Virus record (IMG/VR): IMGVR_UViG_3300027779_000011
Location: 94,717-158,716 of that record
Source: a virus
Length of the DNA: 64,000 nt
Reading direction: 5' to 3' (one strand)
The notes under the pieces were generated by a model that saw nothing but the letters and a program-made list of their open reading frames with translations, ran no database searches and was not told the DNA's origin. The position numbers and the translations under genes are program-made. Shown here piece after piece: positions 40,759 through 50,242 of the stretch (position 1 is its first letter; every line of letters begins with the position of its first letter).

Positions 40759-42531
40759 ATGAAATCTTCTCAAAAAGAAAGGCAAATATTTGAATCATTA
40801 AAGTTAGATTTTCTAAACTTTGATCCGCCTAATTTTGTTCAAAACAACCTAACGTTAGATGGTTCCACATTTCAAATAAAAGGAAATGGATGGAGCTTTA
40901 TGTCTGATATATATAGATATATCGCCCTGCAAGCTACAAAGAGAAATGGAAAGCCTGTGGTAATAAAGAAGGGTCGACAGGTTGGCGCAACAGTCATGGC
41001 TGGAGCTCTAGATCTTTATTTTACTAACAGCGGGATGTTTAGGTCCCCAGGGCCAAGGGTGTTGCATTTATTTCCAGCCCTAGCTCAGGTCAAAAAGTTT
41101 TCTCAAGACAAACTTGAGGGTCTGATCAGAACTGCAAAAAATGACTCAATAAATAAAAACAAGCTAAAAACCCCAAATGCTGTAGACAACCTAACAATGA
41201 AACAGTTTAATGACGGAACGCTATGGATAGACAGCCTGGGAACTGATGGAGACAGGATAAGAGGTATGTCTGTGGATATAGCCTTCTTTGATGAGGTTCA
41301 GGATATGATGGGGCATGCTATTGGAAATGCAACAAAAACATTAACTGCAGCAAAGTATGGGCCAATTGGACAAGGCGTTCAGGTTTATTTTGGAACGCCA
41401 AAGGAAAGGGGTAGTTATTTTTCCAAACTTTGGGAAATTTCAGATCAGAGGTATTATCATCTGGGTTGTAAAAACTGCAAAGAAACTTATCCATTTTACC
41501 TACCAGATGATAACAGGTGGATGGATATATGGGTAGAGGGCTACACGATAAAGTGTCCACTCTGTGGTCATGAGCAGCACAAGGTTGACTCAATAGAGCT
41601 TGGGAAGTGGGTTCCCTCCAAACCATCAGAGAGCGCAAAAATGACCGGATTTCATGTAAATCAGTTATATATTCCATATTTTTCTAAAGAAAATATATTA
41701 AACTTAATGCCAGAAAACAACCCTTCTCAAACAGAGAGGATATGGCAAAATGAAGTTGTCGGAGAGTTTTATTCTGGTTATGATGTTCCTATAACAAAGG
41801 AAGAGATATACAATAAGTGTAGGGATGCGGATAGGTTCTTTTCTAAGAGGATAAACCCAAGGGATAAGGTTACATATCTTGGTGTCGACTGGGGAGGGAA
41901 GACAGATAGCAAAACAGATTTGGGCGGACAGTCTTTTTCTTGCGCTGTAATATTGTCAGTGGGAAATGATGGGGAGCTGCTTATTGAGCACGCGCACAAA
42001 TTAACTAAAAAAGACTTTAGCTATAAGAAAGAAACTATGCGTGAACTGTATAGAAGGTTTGGAGTCAGCAGGGGAGTATCTGACTGGTTCTTTGGTCAGG
42101 ACGTTGTTCATGATTTGCAACTTGAGTTCGGAGAAAGATTTTTGGGAGCCCAAGGAAGTGGAAGTCTGATAAAGCCAATTAAATATAGAGAGGATGAGCA
42201 AATTATATCGTATAATAAAGACCTAATGGTAGAGGAGATTTTCGATATGATGAAAAAAGGGAAGATAAGGTTTCCATGGAAGAGCTATGAATATATAGAG
42301 TGGCTTATAGATCACTGTGTATCTATGGATGCTAAAATAAGGATATCGGGTGGCCAGCCAATCAAGACCTATACAAAAGGGTCTGTCCCAAATGATGGAT
42401 TGATGGCGCTTATGTACGCATATATGGCTTATAAATTTGACTTAACAAAAGGCTTTTCAATAAGGCCAGGCATGAATACACAGTCTCAATACCCGATAGG
42501 TACTTTGGCTCATGCGCCAAAGATTAGATAA
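40759..42531 (+). CDS. terL: Terminase large subunit (lambda GpA-like ATPase plus nuclease)
   Basis: VIKKGRQVGAT Walker A, FFDEVQD Walker B, GTP motif III, CxxC...CxxC, LGVDWG nuclease motif; adjacent to portal. Confidence 0.9.
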   Translation: MKSSQKERQIFESLKLDFLNFDPPNFVQNNLTLDGSTFQIKGNGWSFMSDIYRYIALQATKRNGKPVVIKKGRQVGATVMAGALDLYFTNSGMFRSPGPRVLHLFPALAQVKKFSQDKLEGLIRTAKNDSINKNKLKTPNAVDNLTMKQFNDGTLWIDSLGTDGDRIRGMSVDIAFFDEVQDMMGHAIGNATKTLTAAKYGPIGQGVQVYFGTPKERGSYFSKLWEISDQRYYHLGCKNCKETYPFYLPDDNRWMDIWVEGYTIKCPLCGHEQHKVDSIELGKWVPSKPSESAKMTGFHVNQLYIPYFSKENILNLMPENNPSQTERIWQNEVVGEFYSGYDVPITKEEIYNKCRDADRFFSKRINPRDKVTYLGVDWGGKTDSKTDLGGQSFSCAVILSVGNDGELLIEHAHKLTKKDFSYKKETMRELYRRFGVSRGVSDWFFGQDVVHDLQLEFGERFLGAQGSGSLIKPIKYREDEQIISYNKDLMVEEIFDMMKKGKIRFPWKSYEYIEWLIDHCVSMDAKIRISGGQPIKTYTKGSVPNDGLMALMYAYMAYKFDLTKGFSIRPGMNTQSQYPIGTLAHAPKIR

Positions 42532-42540
42532 GGAGTTGAA

Positions 42541-44229
42541 ATGAGTAGAAGAGTTTCTAGACCAAGCAATATAAATAAAGTGTCAAAGGCTGCCAGCGAA
42601 AGTGTTTCTGATATGAGAAGATCTGCAATATCTGATGCTTTAGAGAAATCAAATTATGGCTCAGCTACCACTGATCTATCCAAGGCCGCAATAGCTCACA
42701 GCCCAAATTTTGCAAAGAGGGGCTCTATAGTCTCTCCAATGACCGGCCCCTCATCTTCTCAGACTACCGAAAGAATGGCCCCAGACATATACTCTCCATT
42801 GTTTCAGCTGGCGAACCTAAACCTTCCGAGAGACCGTGTGACTATGAATGCGTGGAATAGGATATTCTACGATACGCATCCAATTGTCAGAAACGCCGTA
42901 AATCTTCATGCGTCTTTTCCCATCAGCAAGATAAATATATCATGCAAAAGCAAAAAAGTTCAAAGATTCTTTCAGGAAATGTCGGAAAAGATAGACCTAT
43001 ATTCAATAGTGTATGGTGTTGCGTTGGAATTTTGGAAAATGGGCGAAGCTTTTCCATATGCAGAGCTGGATAAGTCATCTGGCGTATGGAAGCGGGTTAC
43101 GATTTTAAACCCAGATTATGTTCATGTTAAGAAGTCTGTCATAGGGGATGATCACTTGATATCCCTAAGGCCAGATGCGGGACTTAAGAGGATAATAAAC
43201 TCCACATCTCCTGCAGATATGGCCATGAGGAAGAGGATTCCTGGGCATATTATTGATTTCGTCAGAAAGGGGCAGAACATACCTCTTGATAATTTTAACG
43301 CCTCTCATTTAAAGCTTCTGAGCTCTCCATATGATATACGTGGAACATCTGTCATTGTATCTGTATACAAAGATTTGATGTTATATGACAAACTAAGGGA
43401 GTCTAAGTTTGCTCAGGCAGATGGAATGATAAACCCAATGACATTGGTAAAGCTTGGCGCTGATGGCGACTACAGGCCATCTCAGGCCGACCTTGAGTCT
43501 TTCAAAAATATACTTGAAGAGGCTCAGTACGATAAAGACTTTAAGCTAGTTACTCACGCCGGGGTCACCATAGAGAGGGTCGGCTATGGCGGCGGTGTGA
43601 TGGACATATCTAGTGATGTAACTCATATTACGGAAAATTTATATGCCGGGTTAATGGTGCCTAAAGCCCTAATGGATCAGGAGGGGGCAACATATGCCAG
43701 CTCTTCGGTAGGTCTTGAGGTATTGAGACAAAGATATGATATATTTAGAAATATGATAAAAAAATGGCTGGAGATAAAGATATTCGCCCCAATATGTGAA
43801 ATTCAAGATTTTTTCGAATATGAGGATGGGGAAAAAAGGCTTCAGGTCCCATCTATTGACTTTAATCATATGAATTTATACGATATGGCCGATTACGTCC
43901 AGAACCTGTCAACCTTTGTTGGTAATAAGCAAGTGTCAATGCAGACCGTATGTCGAAGCCTTGGGCTTAGCTATGAAGAGGAGCAAAAAAGATTGAGGGA
44001 GGAGGCTATTGATTTTGCAATTATGTCTAAAGAGCAGGCAATATTGCAGGGAATGAGACTTTCCGAGCTGATGACATTGGATCCGGAGAAGGCAATACCA
44101 GAGCCGTTGGGCGAGACTCCTGACGGGGGTGGCGAAGGCGGGATGCCGGAACCAGGTGGAATCCCGGGAGTTCCTCCCGACATGGGAGGGGGACCTCCAG
44201 AAGGTGGAGGCCCAGGGGGCCCGATCTGA
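42541..44229 (+). CDS. Portal protein
   Basis: Follows terL; HPIVRNAVNLH, EFWKMGEAFPY, ILNPDYV and RGTSVI portal-like segments; Pro/Gly tail. Confidence 0.8.
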   Translation: MSRRVSRPSNINKVSKAASESVSDMRRSAISDALEKSNYGSATTDLSKAAIAHSPNFAKRGSIVSPMTGPSSSQTTERMAPDIYSPLFQLANLNLPRDRVTMNAWNRIFYDTHPIVRNAVNLHASFPISKINISCKSKKVQRFFQEMSEKIDLYSIVYGVALEFWKMGEAFPYAELDKSSGVWKRVTILNPDYVHVKKSVIGDDHLISLRPDAGLKRIINSTSPADMAMRKRIPGHIIDFVRKGQNIPLDNFNASHLKLLSSPYDIRGTSVIVSVYKDLMLYDKLRESKFAQADGMINPMTLVKLGADGDYRPSQADLESFKNILEEAQYDKDFKLVTHAGVTIERVGYGGGVMDISSDVTHITENLYAGLMVPKALMDQEGATYASSSVGLEVLRQRYDIFRNMIKKWLEIKIFAPICEIQDFFEYEDGEKRLQVPSIDFNHMNLYDMADYVQNLSTFVGNKQVSMQTVCRSLGLSYEEEQKRLREEAIDFAIMSKEQAILQGMRLSELMTLDPEKAIPEPLGETPDGGGEGGMPEPGGIPGVPPDMGGGPPEGGGPGGPI

Positions 44230-44285
44230 TATAACATGGTAATAAATTAATTAATTATATAGTGTATTTTTTATAGGTTTGTTAT

Positions 44286-45707
44286 ATGAGTAACTTTAAT
44301 TTACAGTCTTTTGCAGATAGATCAGAGCAGGGTAGCTCCGATGCAGGCACAGGTGTTGGTGAAGCCACCCATGATGTCACTCCTCCTTCGGAATCAGAAA
44401 ATAATAAGTCATCGCCAGAAGAAGGCACGGCGGCGGCGGCTAGAGTTGCCGTAGGGTTTGCAACTGCAATTAAACAGGGTAACGGCAGTAGATGGACGAT
44501 GTCAGGCAGTGGGCTCGCTGACCCACTCACATATATGATGCCGAGCAGCGTATCTAGCCGGGCCAAGGCTTCCGCCGGTTCCACAGAGAGTAGGGGTGAC
44601 GGAGTAATCAAATTTTTAACAACACTATTAGGAGAAGCTGAGTCTGTTAATAAGAAGTTTAATCCTTTATTTGATTTGGTTAAGTCAATGGGTGATGATA
44701 AAAATGCAAAAAAACTTTTAGTAGCTCCACCTGCCAAATGGATTGAGGAGATTCTATCTGGATGGGAGCTTGTCCATGATTACAAATCTTGGTATGGGGA
44801 AGAATCCGTATATGATTTCGTAGCAGGAAGAAGTGACAGCCTTTTGGATAAGTTTAAGGATTCATGGTCTAATATAAACAGGTTTAGAGAAACAGATCTG
44901 TTTGATGATATATTTGATCTGTTTTCACAATCAAGAGGTTCTCTTGATACTGGGCGCTCCAATGTTGAAGACTTCTTGCAAAGCATTCTGCTATGGAGGG
45001 CGGTCCTTCGCGCCATGAAAATGGTTATAGATGGCTCAATTGTTGTCAAAACAGAAGAACCTGTTGCTACGAATAAGGACCCCGAAGAGAAGCTGGAGGA
45101 GCTGAGGATGTCAAATTTGAACATTCAGTTGTCATCAGTAAGGTCTGCAAATAATGCGGCATCCGTAGATAGAGCTACTAAAAATATAATGATCGACAGG
45201 AGTAGGCTTTCCTCTGGAGAACAGGTAATCCTCGTATTCTACTTCGACGGACCAGATTCTAAAAAACTTTCAAAATCGGATAAAGATTATGCTATGTCAG
45301 TTCTGATGGAATATATAGACATTGCAGACTACCTGGATGGATATAAGATTGGAGAGGTGATTGGATTAGAACATATAGATAAAAAGACAAAACTATATTT
45401 AGAATTAGACAGAACTCTTTTAAAAGACCTTATTGAGAAATTTGATGATATTTATGAGCTTTTTAAAATAAAGTATAGAGAGGGCTATTTAAAAGTTGAG
45501 GCATGCAATTTGGATCTATATAATAAAATAAAAAAGATTGCCAACTCTACTACCACCTCCTACTACACTGTAACAACGCCTTCTGGCAAGAAGACCGATC
45601 TAAGTATTGCGGATATAGTTATGGGCAGAGGCTACTCCTCGGGCCTGGGAAATAAATTTAAGGCAAAATCATTGTCTAAAAAAGTTTTGAAAAAAAATAA
45701 AAAATAA
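44286..45707 (+). CDS. Hypothetical protein
   Basis: 473-aa ORF; IKKIA near the C-terminus. Confidence 0.65.
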   Translation: MSNFNLQSFADRSEQGSSDAGTGVGEATHDVTPPSESENNKSSPEEGTAAAARVAVGFATAIKQGNGSRWTMSGSGLADPLTYMMPSSVSSRAKASAGSTESRGDGVIKFLTTLLGEAESVNKKFNPLFDLVKSMGDDKNAKKLLVAPPAKWIEEILSGWELVHDYKSWYGEESVYDFVAGRSDSLLDKFKDSWSNINRFRETDLFDDIFDLFSQSRGSLDTGRSNVEDFLQSILLWRAVLRAMKMVIDGSIVVKTEEPVATNKDPEEKLEELRMSNLNIQLSSVRSANNAASVDRATKNIMIDRSRLSSGEQVILVFYFDGPDSKKLSKSDKDYAMSVLMEYIDIADYLDGYKIGEVIGLEHIDKKTKLYLELDRTLLKDLIEKFDDIYELFKIKYREGYLKVEACNLDLYNKIKKIANSTTTSYYTVTTPSGKKTDLSIADIVMGRGYSSGLGNKFKAKSLSKKVLKKNKK

Positions 45708-45723
45708 TTGGCAGTTTATTGTT

Positions 45724-46281
45724 ATGAAAAAAAAATCTTATAGTTCTAAAGAACAAGTTATCAGTATTAAACCGATATCAAATACGCCGGTGCCATCATC
45801 GCCAGAGGGTCTCACCGAGGAGGGCGCAGGTTCTGCAACTGACAGTGCCGGAAGATCCGGATTTGGGATGACTTTTCAGCAAAGCGCTGTAGATATAGAC
45901 GGAGTCCTTCCATATGATGTAACTGGAGTATATGATGATTTTAAAATAAAGCCACCGGTTGATAACCTAGACGCACTAGTAGAGCTCCTGCTTAGCCTGG
46001 GAGACACAATGGACAAGGAAAATAGAAGTCTTGCAGACTTTTCAGATTTTTTACTAACAAAGTACGCAGAACAGCGTGATGCAGATGTAACCAGAATGTT
46101 TAATGACGTTATAATTAAAATTAAAGATTCGGATTCTTTTAATAAAGATGACATTATAATTAAAATTACAAAAAGATATAGCAGATATATAAAGAATTAT
46201 TTTAATAAATTTAATGATTTGTATAAATCAAAACAATTTGCTTATAACAAAATACTAAATGAAATAGGTAGTGATTTTTAA
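45724..46281 (+). CDS. Hypothetical protein with degenerate shared helical motif
   Basis: LLSLGDTMDKENRSLADFSDFLLTKYA at 45985-46068; starts MKKKSY. Confidence 0.65.
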   Translation: MKKKSYSSKEQVISIKPISNTPVPSSPEGLTEEGAGSATDSAGRSGFGMTFQQSAVDIDGVLPYDVTGVYDDFKIKPPVDNLDALVELLLSLGDTMDKENRSLADFSDFLLTKYAEQRDADVTRMFNDVIIKIKDSDSFNKDDIIIKITKRYSRYIKNYFNKFNDLYKSKQFAYNKILNEIGSDF

Positions 46282-46283
46282 AA

Positions 46284-46574
46284 ATGATAAATAAAAAATC
46301 ATATATATTAGAATCAGACCCAAAGTATGTTGCAGAGCAAATACATGGCATTGTAAAGATAATGGTAATGAGAATGCCCATGGATAGGAGGGCGCCTTCT
46401 TTTCAGAATATAAAGGGAAGGCTTGATGACTTTAATACAACAGAAATAGGGTCTAAAAAAACCCCAGGTGGTGCGTCAATAGGCGTTAGTATAGGGCTTA
46501 TAAAAAATATTTTAAATGGAAGAGATCCGTTTTTTATAAGATTGGTCTTAGATGAATTATCTAATATATTGTAG
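46284..46574 (+). CDS. Hypothetical protein
   Basis: Starts MINKKSY; operon context. Confidence 0.65.
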   Translation: MINKKSYILESDPKYVAEQIHGIVKIMVMRMPMDRRAPSFQNIKGRLDDFNTTEIGSKKTPGGASIGVSIGLIKNILNGRDPFFIRLVLDELSNIL

Positions 46575-46582
46575 GGTTTGTT

Positions 46583-47683
46583 ATGGATAGAATAAATAGA
46601 ATTGTTTTAATAAAAGATATGTATTGTGAGATAAAAAAAGAATCCAGCGCAAGTATGTATGATTTTTACGAACCAAGAAGTGGTGGCGCTAATCACAAGC
46701 AATATGCTTTTAGATATCATGAAGGTAGAGATGAGTTTGAAGTTATGGAAACCCCGGGGTGTGAAAACATCGGAAGTCTTTATCAAAGTGGTTCTAATGT
46801 ATACAATTCTTTAATGCTAGTTAGAGAGCACTGGTATAAATTTCCCTTTAGTGGCGGCTCTTGTACTCCAAGCTCTCAGGCGTACCCCATATCTGGAGAA
46901 CAGGTAGATGTTGTGCCTAATTCTAAGGGCACGCCTGTTCCACAGGATGCGTCTCATCTGAGCCCAGATGAGCTTCTTCAACTCTCGCCAGATGAGATGC
47001 TTGGGTCTGCAAAGCCGACGAGCCGCGTGCAAGAGCTGTTCCCATCTGGAGCGATTAGAAATAGGCTGCAGAATATAAGACATTCTGATTCAGATTTTGC
47101 AAGCGTTGAGACCGTTAGGCCGTCTGGAGGCCAGCTTGCTGAGTTTTCGGGGGGGAACTGGAGATATCATCAGCCAAACCTTGGAGAGATGAAGTGGTTT
47201 ATAGAAAATGGAGTCACAGACTTTATAAGGCTCAGTGGAGATGGCTCTGGAGATATTATAAAGGATCCTCAAGTGGGCGTCAATATAACGATAGCTGTTC
47301 AAAAAAGGTTTGTAGAAGGGCTTGGGGCCAAGCTTCACAGGCCTAGCGCTCATAGCGGCTATAGGTTTGGTCAAGGATACACTGGGTCTATAAAGCGCTG
47401 CAACCCCATATTATCTGGTGGGAACTGCCTTGTTCATTGTCGGTGGGGAGCGGATAGAACTGGATATATTGTGGCTGCATTTTTAAAAGAATCTGGAGCT
47501 ATGACAGATTTGGAAGAATTATGGAACTATACGATTGGTTTTAACAGATGGGAGAGTAAGGTCTGCAGAAATGCATCAAATCTTGGATATTCTAAATATT
47601 TAGATGGCTTTTACCCATTAGATCAGTTTTGTAAGCGACATAGTGATTGCGATGTTTGTGATAAGCTAGAACAATTAAGATAA
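46583..47683 (+). CDS. Cys-based (CX5R) protein tyrosine/dual-specificity phosphatase family protein
   Basis: CLVHCRWGADRTG P-loop. Confidence 0.8.
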   Translation: MDRINRIVLIKDMYCEIKKESSASMYDFYEPRSGGANHKQYAFRYHEGRDEFEVMETPGCENIGSLYQSGSNVYNSLMLVREHWYKFPFSGGSCTPSSQAYPISGEQVDVVPNSKGTPVPQDASHLSPDELLQLSPDEMLGSAKPTSRVQELFPSGAIRNRLQNIRHSDSDFASVETVRPSGGQLAEFSGGNWRYHQPNLGEMKWFIENGVTDFIRLSGDGSGDIIKDPQVGVNITIAVQKRFVEGLGAKLHRPSAHSGYRFGQGYTGSIKRCNPILSGGNCLVHCRWGADRTGYIVAAFLKESGAMTDLEELWNYTIGFNRWESKVCRNASNLGYSKYLDGFYPLDQFCKRHSDCDVCDKLEQLR

Positions 47684-47684
47684 T

Positions 47685-47691
47685 TACTAAT
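47685..47691 (+). promoter_or_regulatory. TACTAAT candidate late promoter
   Basis: Intergenic, about 45 nt before ATG 47735. Confidence 0.55.
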
Positions 47692-47734
47692 AGATTTAGT
47701 ATAGTTTGAATATTATATATAAAATGGGTTTTAA

Positions 47735-50173
47735 ATGAAAAAAATATCTTGGCCATACTTCGAGACAGAAGAGGAGCAAAAAGCAAACTTAGGCTCTATG
47801 TCGGAGCCTGATGATTCTGATATGAGCATTGATATGTATTCTAATGTTTATGATACGATGGTTCCAGATAAGTCGGTAATGGAGGAGGGGCAGGAACCCT
47901 CCTATGGGTATGGCGAAGGAATGTTCAGTCCGGTTGCAGATAAGGACTATGATGACGTATATTTAATATCTAATGCGTCAAGATCCTACAAGATGCTAGA
48001 CAGGCTCAAAGAGGGGGCGTCTATTTTAGACATAGAGTCATCACACAATGACTCAGAACTTTTATCCAAATCGGGATTTAATGTTGTATCCATATGTCAA
48101 GACAAAAAAAGGATTGCTCAAAGTACGGATTATGAATTAATAAAAGACGATGCTAGATATTATAATTTTTCTAGAAAGTTTGATGCTTTCAGATGCCTAA
48201 AGATACTTAAGAGTGATATGGATTATGAAATTCTTATTAAAAATATATATAATCACTTGAGGCCGAGATCTTTTGGAGTTATAAGAACCTCTAACTTAGA
48301 TTTAAAAATTTTAAAATTATTGAAAAATAATAATTTTAAAATAAATAAAATATCAAAATTTAAGAATGCGGGTTCGATATTTTCCGACATCTTTGTTGAG
48401 AAAAATGATTTAGATAAATTCGCAAATATAGAAATTTATTCAATAAATGACAAGAACTTATGCCCAGTCACCGGAGGCTCAGTTGAAGATAACTATATAT
48501 CCGCTATGTTCTTTGGAAGCGATTTTAACTTCAGCTCTGCAGAGTCGTTGAAAGAGTTTGAAAAAGATCCATTTAAATACATAGAACCTATTGCGAAATT
48601 TTCATGTGATGTAGCCAAGACGTTTTATGAAAAAGTTGCTGGATTGCAGGTATATCCATCTCTAAACTCCGAGGCCGGGCTTGTATTCGAGTATGAAGAA
48701 CCACAGGATGTTTTGTATCATATGGGCACTGTTCCATACTCGATTGATATAATCTTTATAGATAGCTCAATGAGGATTAAAAAAATATCTAGAAGTATAG
48801 AGCCCGGAAGTCTTGCTACTTTTGGATGCCATAATGTAAAATACGTATTGGAAATATCCGGGGGCCTTTCTAACAGGCTTGGCATAAAAGAGGGCAGCCT
48901 GATAAACATACAAAAAGATGAATCAAATATTATAAATTCAATAAGCAAATTCTCCAATCTGTATAATATTGGGAACAAGAACGTTATATTTAATTCAAAA
49001 AATAAATCTTTTAAATATGGCGATTATAACATAATTACTTTCGATAAGTTCTCCACACCATTGAAGAAGATTGGTGCCGAGAAAAGAACTTCTGATGTGC
49101 ATAACTCTGTAAAAAATCTTCACAGGAAAAACCCAAGGGTAGATGTTTTTGATATAGACAGAGAGTTATTTTCAGACAATTCATTTGTTAGATTGTACAG
49201 GGCGAGGGCTGCTACGAAAGATGATAAGGCTGTACATAGGGGCTTCGATAATAAAGCGTTTTATATAGAAAAGAATGAAGATGGAGATAACATATACATA
49301 GATATTAAACTTTCAAATATCATAGACAACGAAGCTTTGAAAAAAATATCATCTAATTACTGCATACTGTCTAGCCCAGAAAAAAGCTTCAAGGGGTTTG
49401 CAAATATTGATAAGAAGATGCTAAGTAATATAATAAGCTTATCTTCGAAGGAAGGCTCCAAATCAGTGTTTGTCACTAGGGCTTCCGGAAATACAGATAT
49501 ACTTAGAGATATTATATGTAATAAAATCAAAATGCATAGCTCTGCAAATATTTTAAAAAATTGCGATATAATGCAAATTCCAAATAATTTTAGTAGTGAG
49601 GATATTATAAAGTCCGCCTCAAAGAAGTACTTGACTAAGAACATACATTTAAACAATTATAATATTAAAAACGCAGGATTCCCAATTGCAAAAGAAGTGA
49701 GGGGTAAGGCGGCAGATGCTGAGAAAATGCTTGAAAGTGCACAGAAAACATGCCAGAAGCTTAGAGAGTCATTTCAAAAAAATCTCAGCGAGTATGAAAA
49801 AATACAGGCAAAGCCAGATGCAGTTAAGGCTTCGAAGGGAGAGTACAGACTTTCTTCGAAAAGACTTATTAAAAAAGTGAGATCCATGCTTTTAAATATA
49901 AGAGATTCAATACGAGTGTTGAATGATATAAAAGATGTGTCTACAACTGGAGAGATAATAGATGCGCTGATAAGTTCATGCTCTCCGGCATCAGAGTCTG
50001 CTCAGGAAATCTTTAACCTTGTTGATAAAATTGAAAGCCCTGAGTTTTTCGCGGCACTTCAAGAAAATTCTTCAAACTTCGATCAGTCTGCAGAGGATTT
50101 GAGCTCATCCATGGGCCGGGCCAGAGACTATATAAATAACAACATACTAGGTATAGTGTTAATATCTGAATAA
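47735..50173 (+). CDS. Multidomain protein: degenerate SAM-methyltransferase-like fold, YHS domain, DUF192 and helical C-terminus
   Basis: ILDIESS...DARYYNFSRKFDAF...HLRPRSF (MTase-like, lacks GxGxG); CPVTG...FNFSSAESLKEFEKDPFKY (YHS); GLQ...GLVF...MGTVPYSIDIIFID...YVLEISGG (DUF192). Confidence 0.7.
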   Translation: MKKISWPYFETEEEQKANLGSMSEPDDSDMSIDMYSNVYDTMVPDKSVMEEGQEPSYGYGEGMFSPVADKDYDDVYLISNASRSYKMLDRLKEGASILDIESSHNDSELLSKSGFNVVSICQDKKRIAQSTDYELIKDDARYYNFSRKFDAFRCLKILKSDMDYEILIKNIYNHLRPRSFGVIRTSNLDLKILKLLKNNNFKINKISKFKNAGSIFSDIFVEKNDLDKFANIEIYSINDKNLCPVTGGSVEDNYISAMFFGSDFNFSSAESLKEFEKDPFKYIEPIAKFSCDVAKTFYEKVAGLQVYPSLNSEAGLVFEYEEPQDVLYHMGTVPYSIDIIFIDSSMRIKKISRSIEPGSLATFGCHNVKYVLEISGGLSNRLGIKEGSLINIQKDESNIINSISKFSNLYNIGNKNVIFNSKNKSFKYGDYNIITFDKFSTPLKKIGAEKRTSDVHNSVKNLHRKNPRVDVFDIDRELFSDNSFVRLYRARAATKDDKAVHRGFDNKAFYIEKNEDGDNIYIDIKLSNIIDNEALKKISSNYCILSSPEKSFKGFANIDKKMLSNIISLSSKEGSKSVFVTRASGNTDILRDIICNKIKMHSSANILKNCDIMQIPNNFSSEDIIKSASKKYLTKNIHLNNYNIKNAGFPIAKEVRGKAADAEKMLESAQKTCQKLRESFQKNLSEYEKIQAKPDAVKASKGEYRLSSKRLIKKVRSMLLNIRDSIRVLNDIKDVSTTGEIIDALISSCSPASESAQEIFNLVDKIESPEFFAALQENSSNFDQSAEDLSSSMGRARDYINNNILGIVLISE

Positions 50174-50242
50174 TTTTTTTACACAAAAATTTAATATGAT
50201 TAATAATAATATATTAGCTGTAATTACGTGGAATTAAAATTT

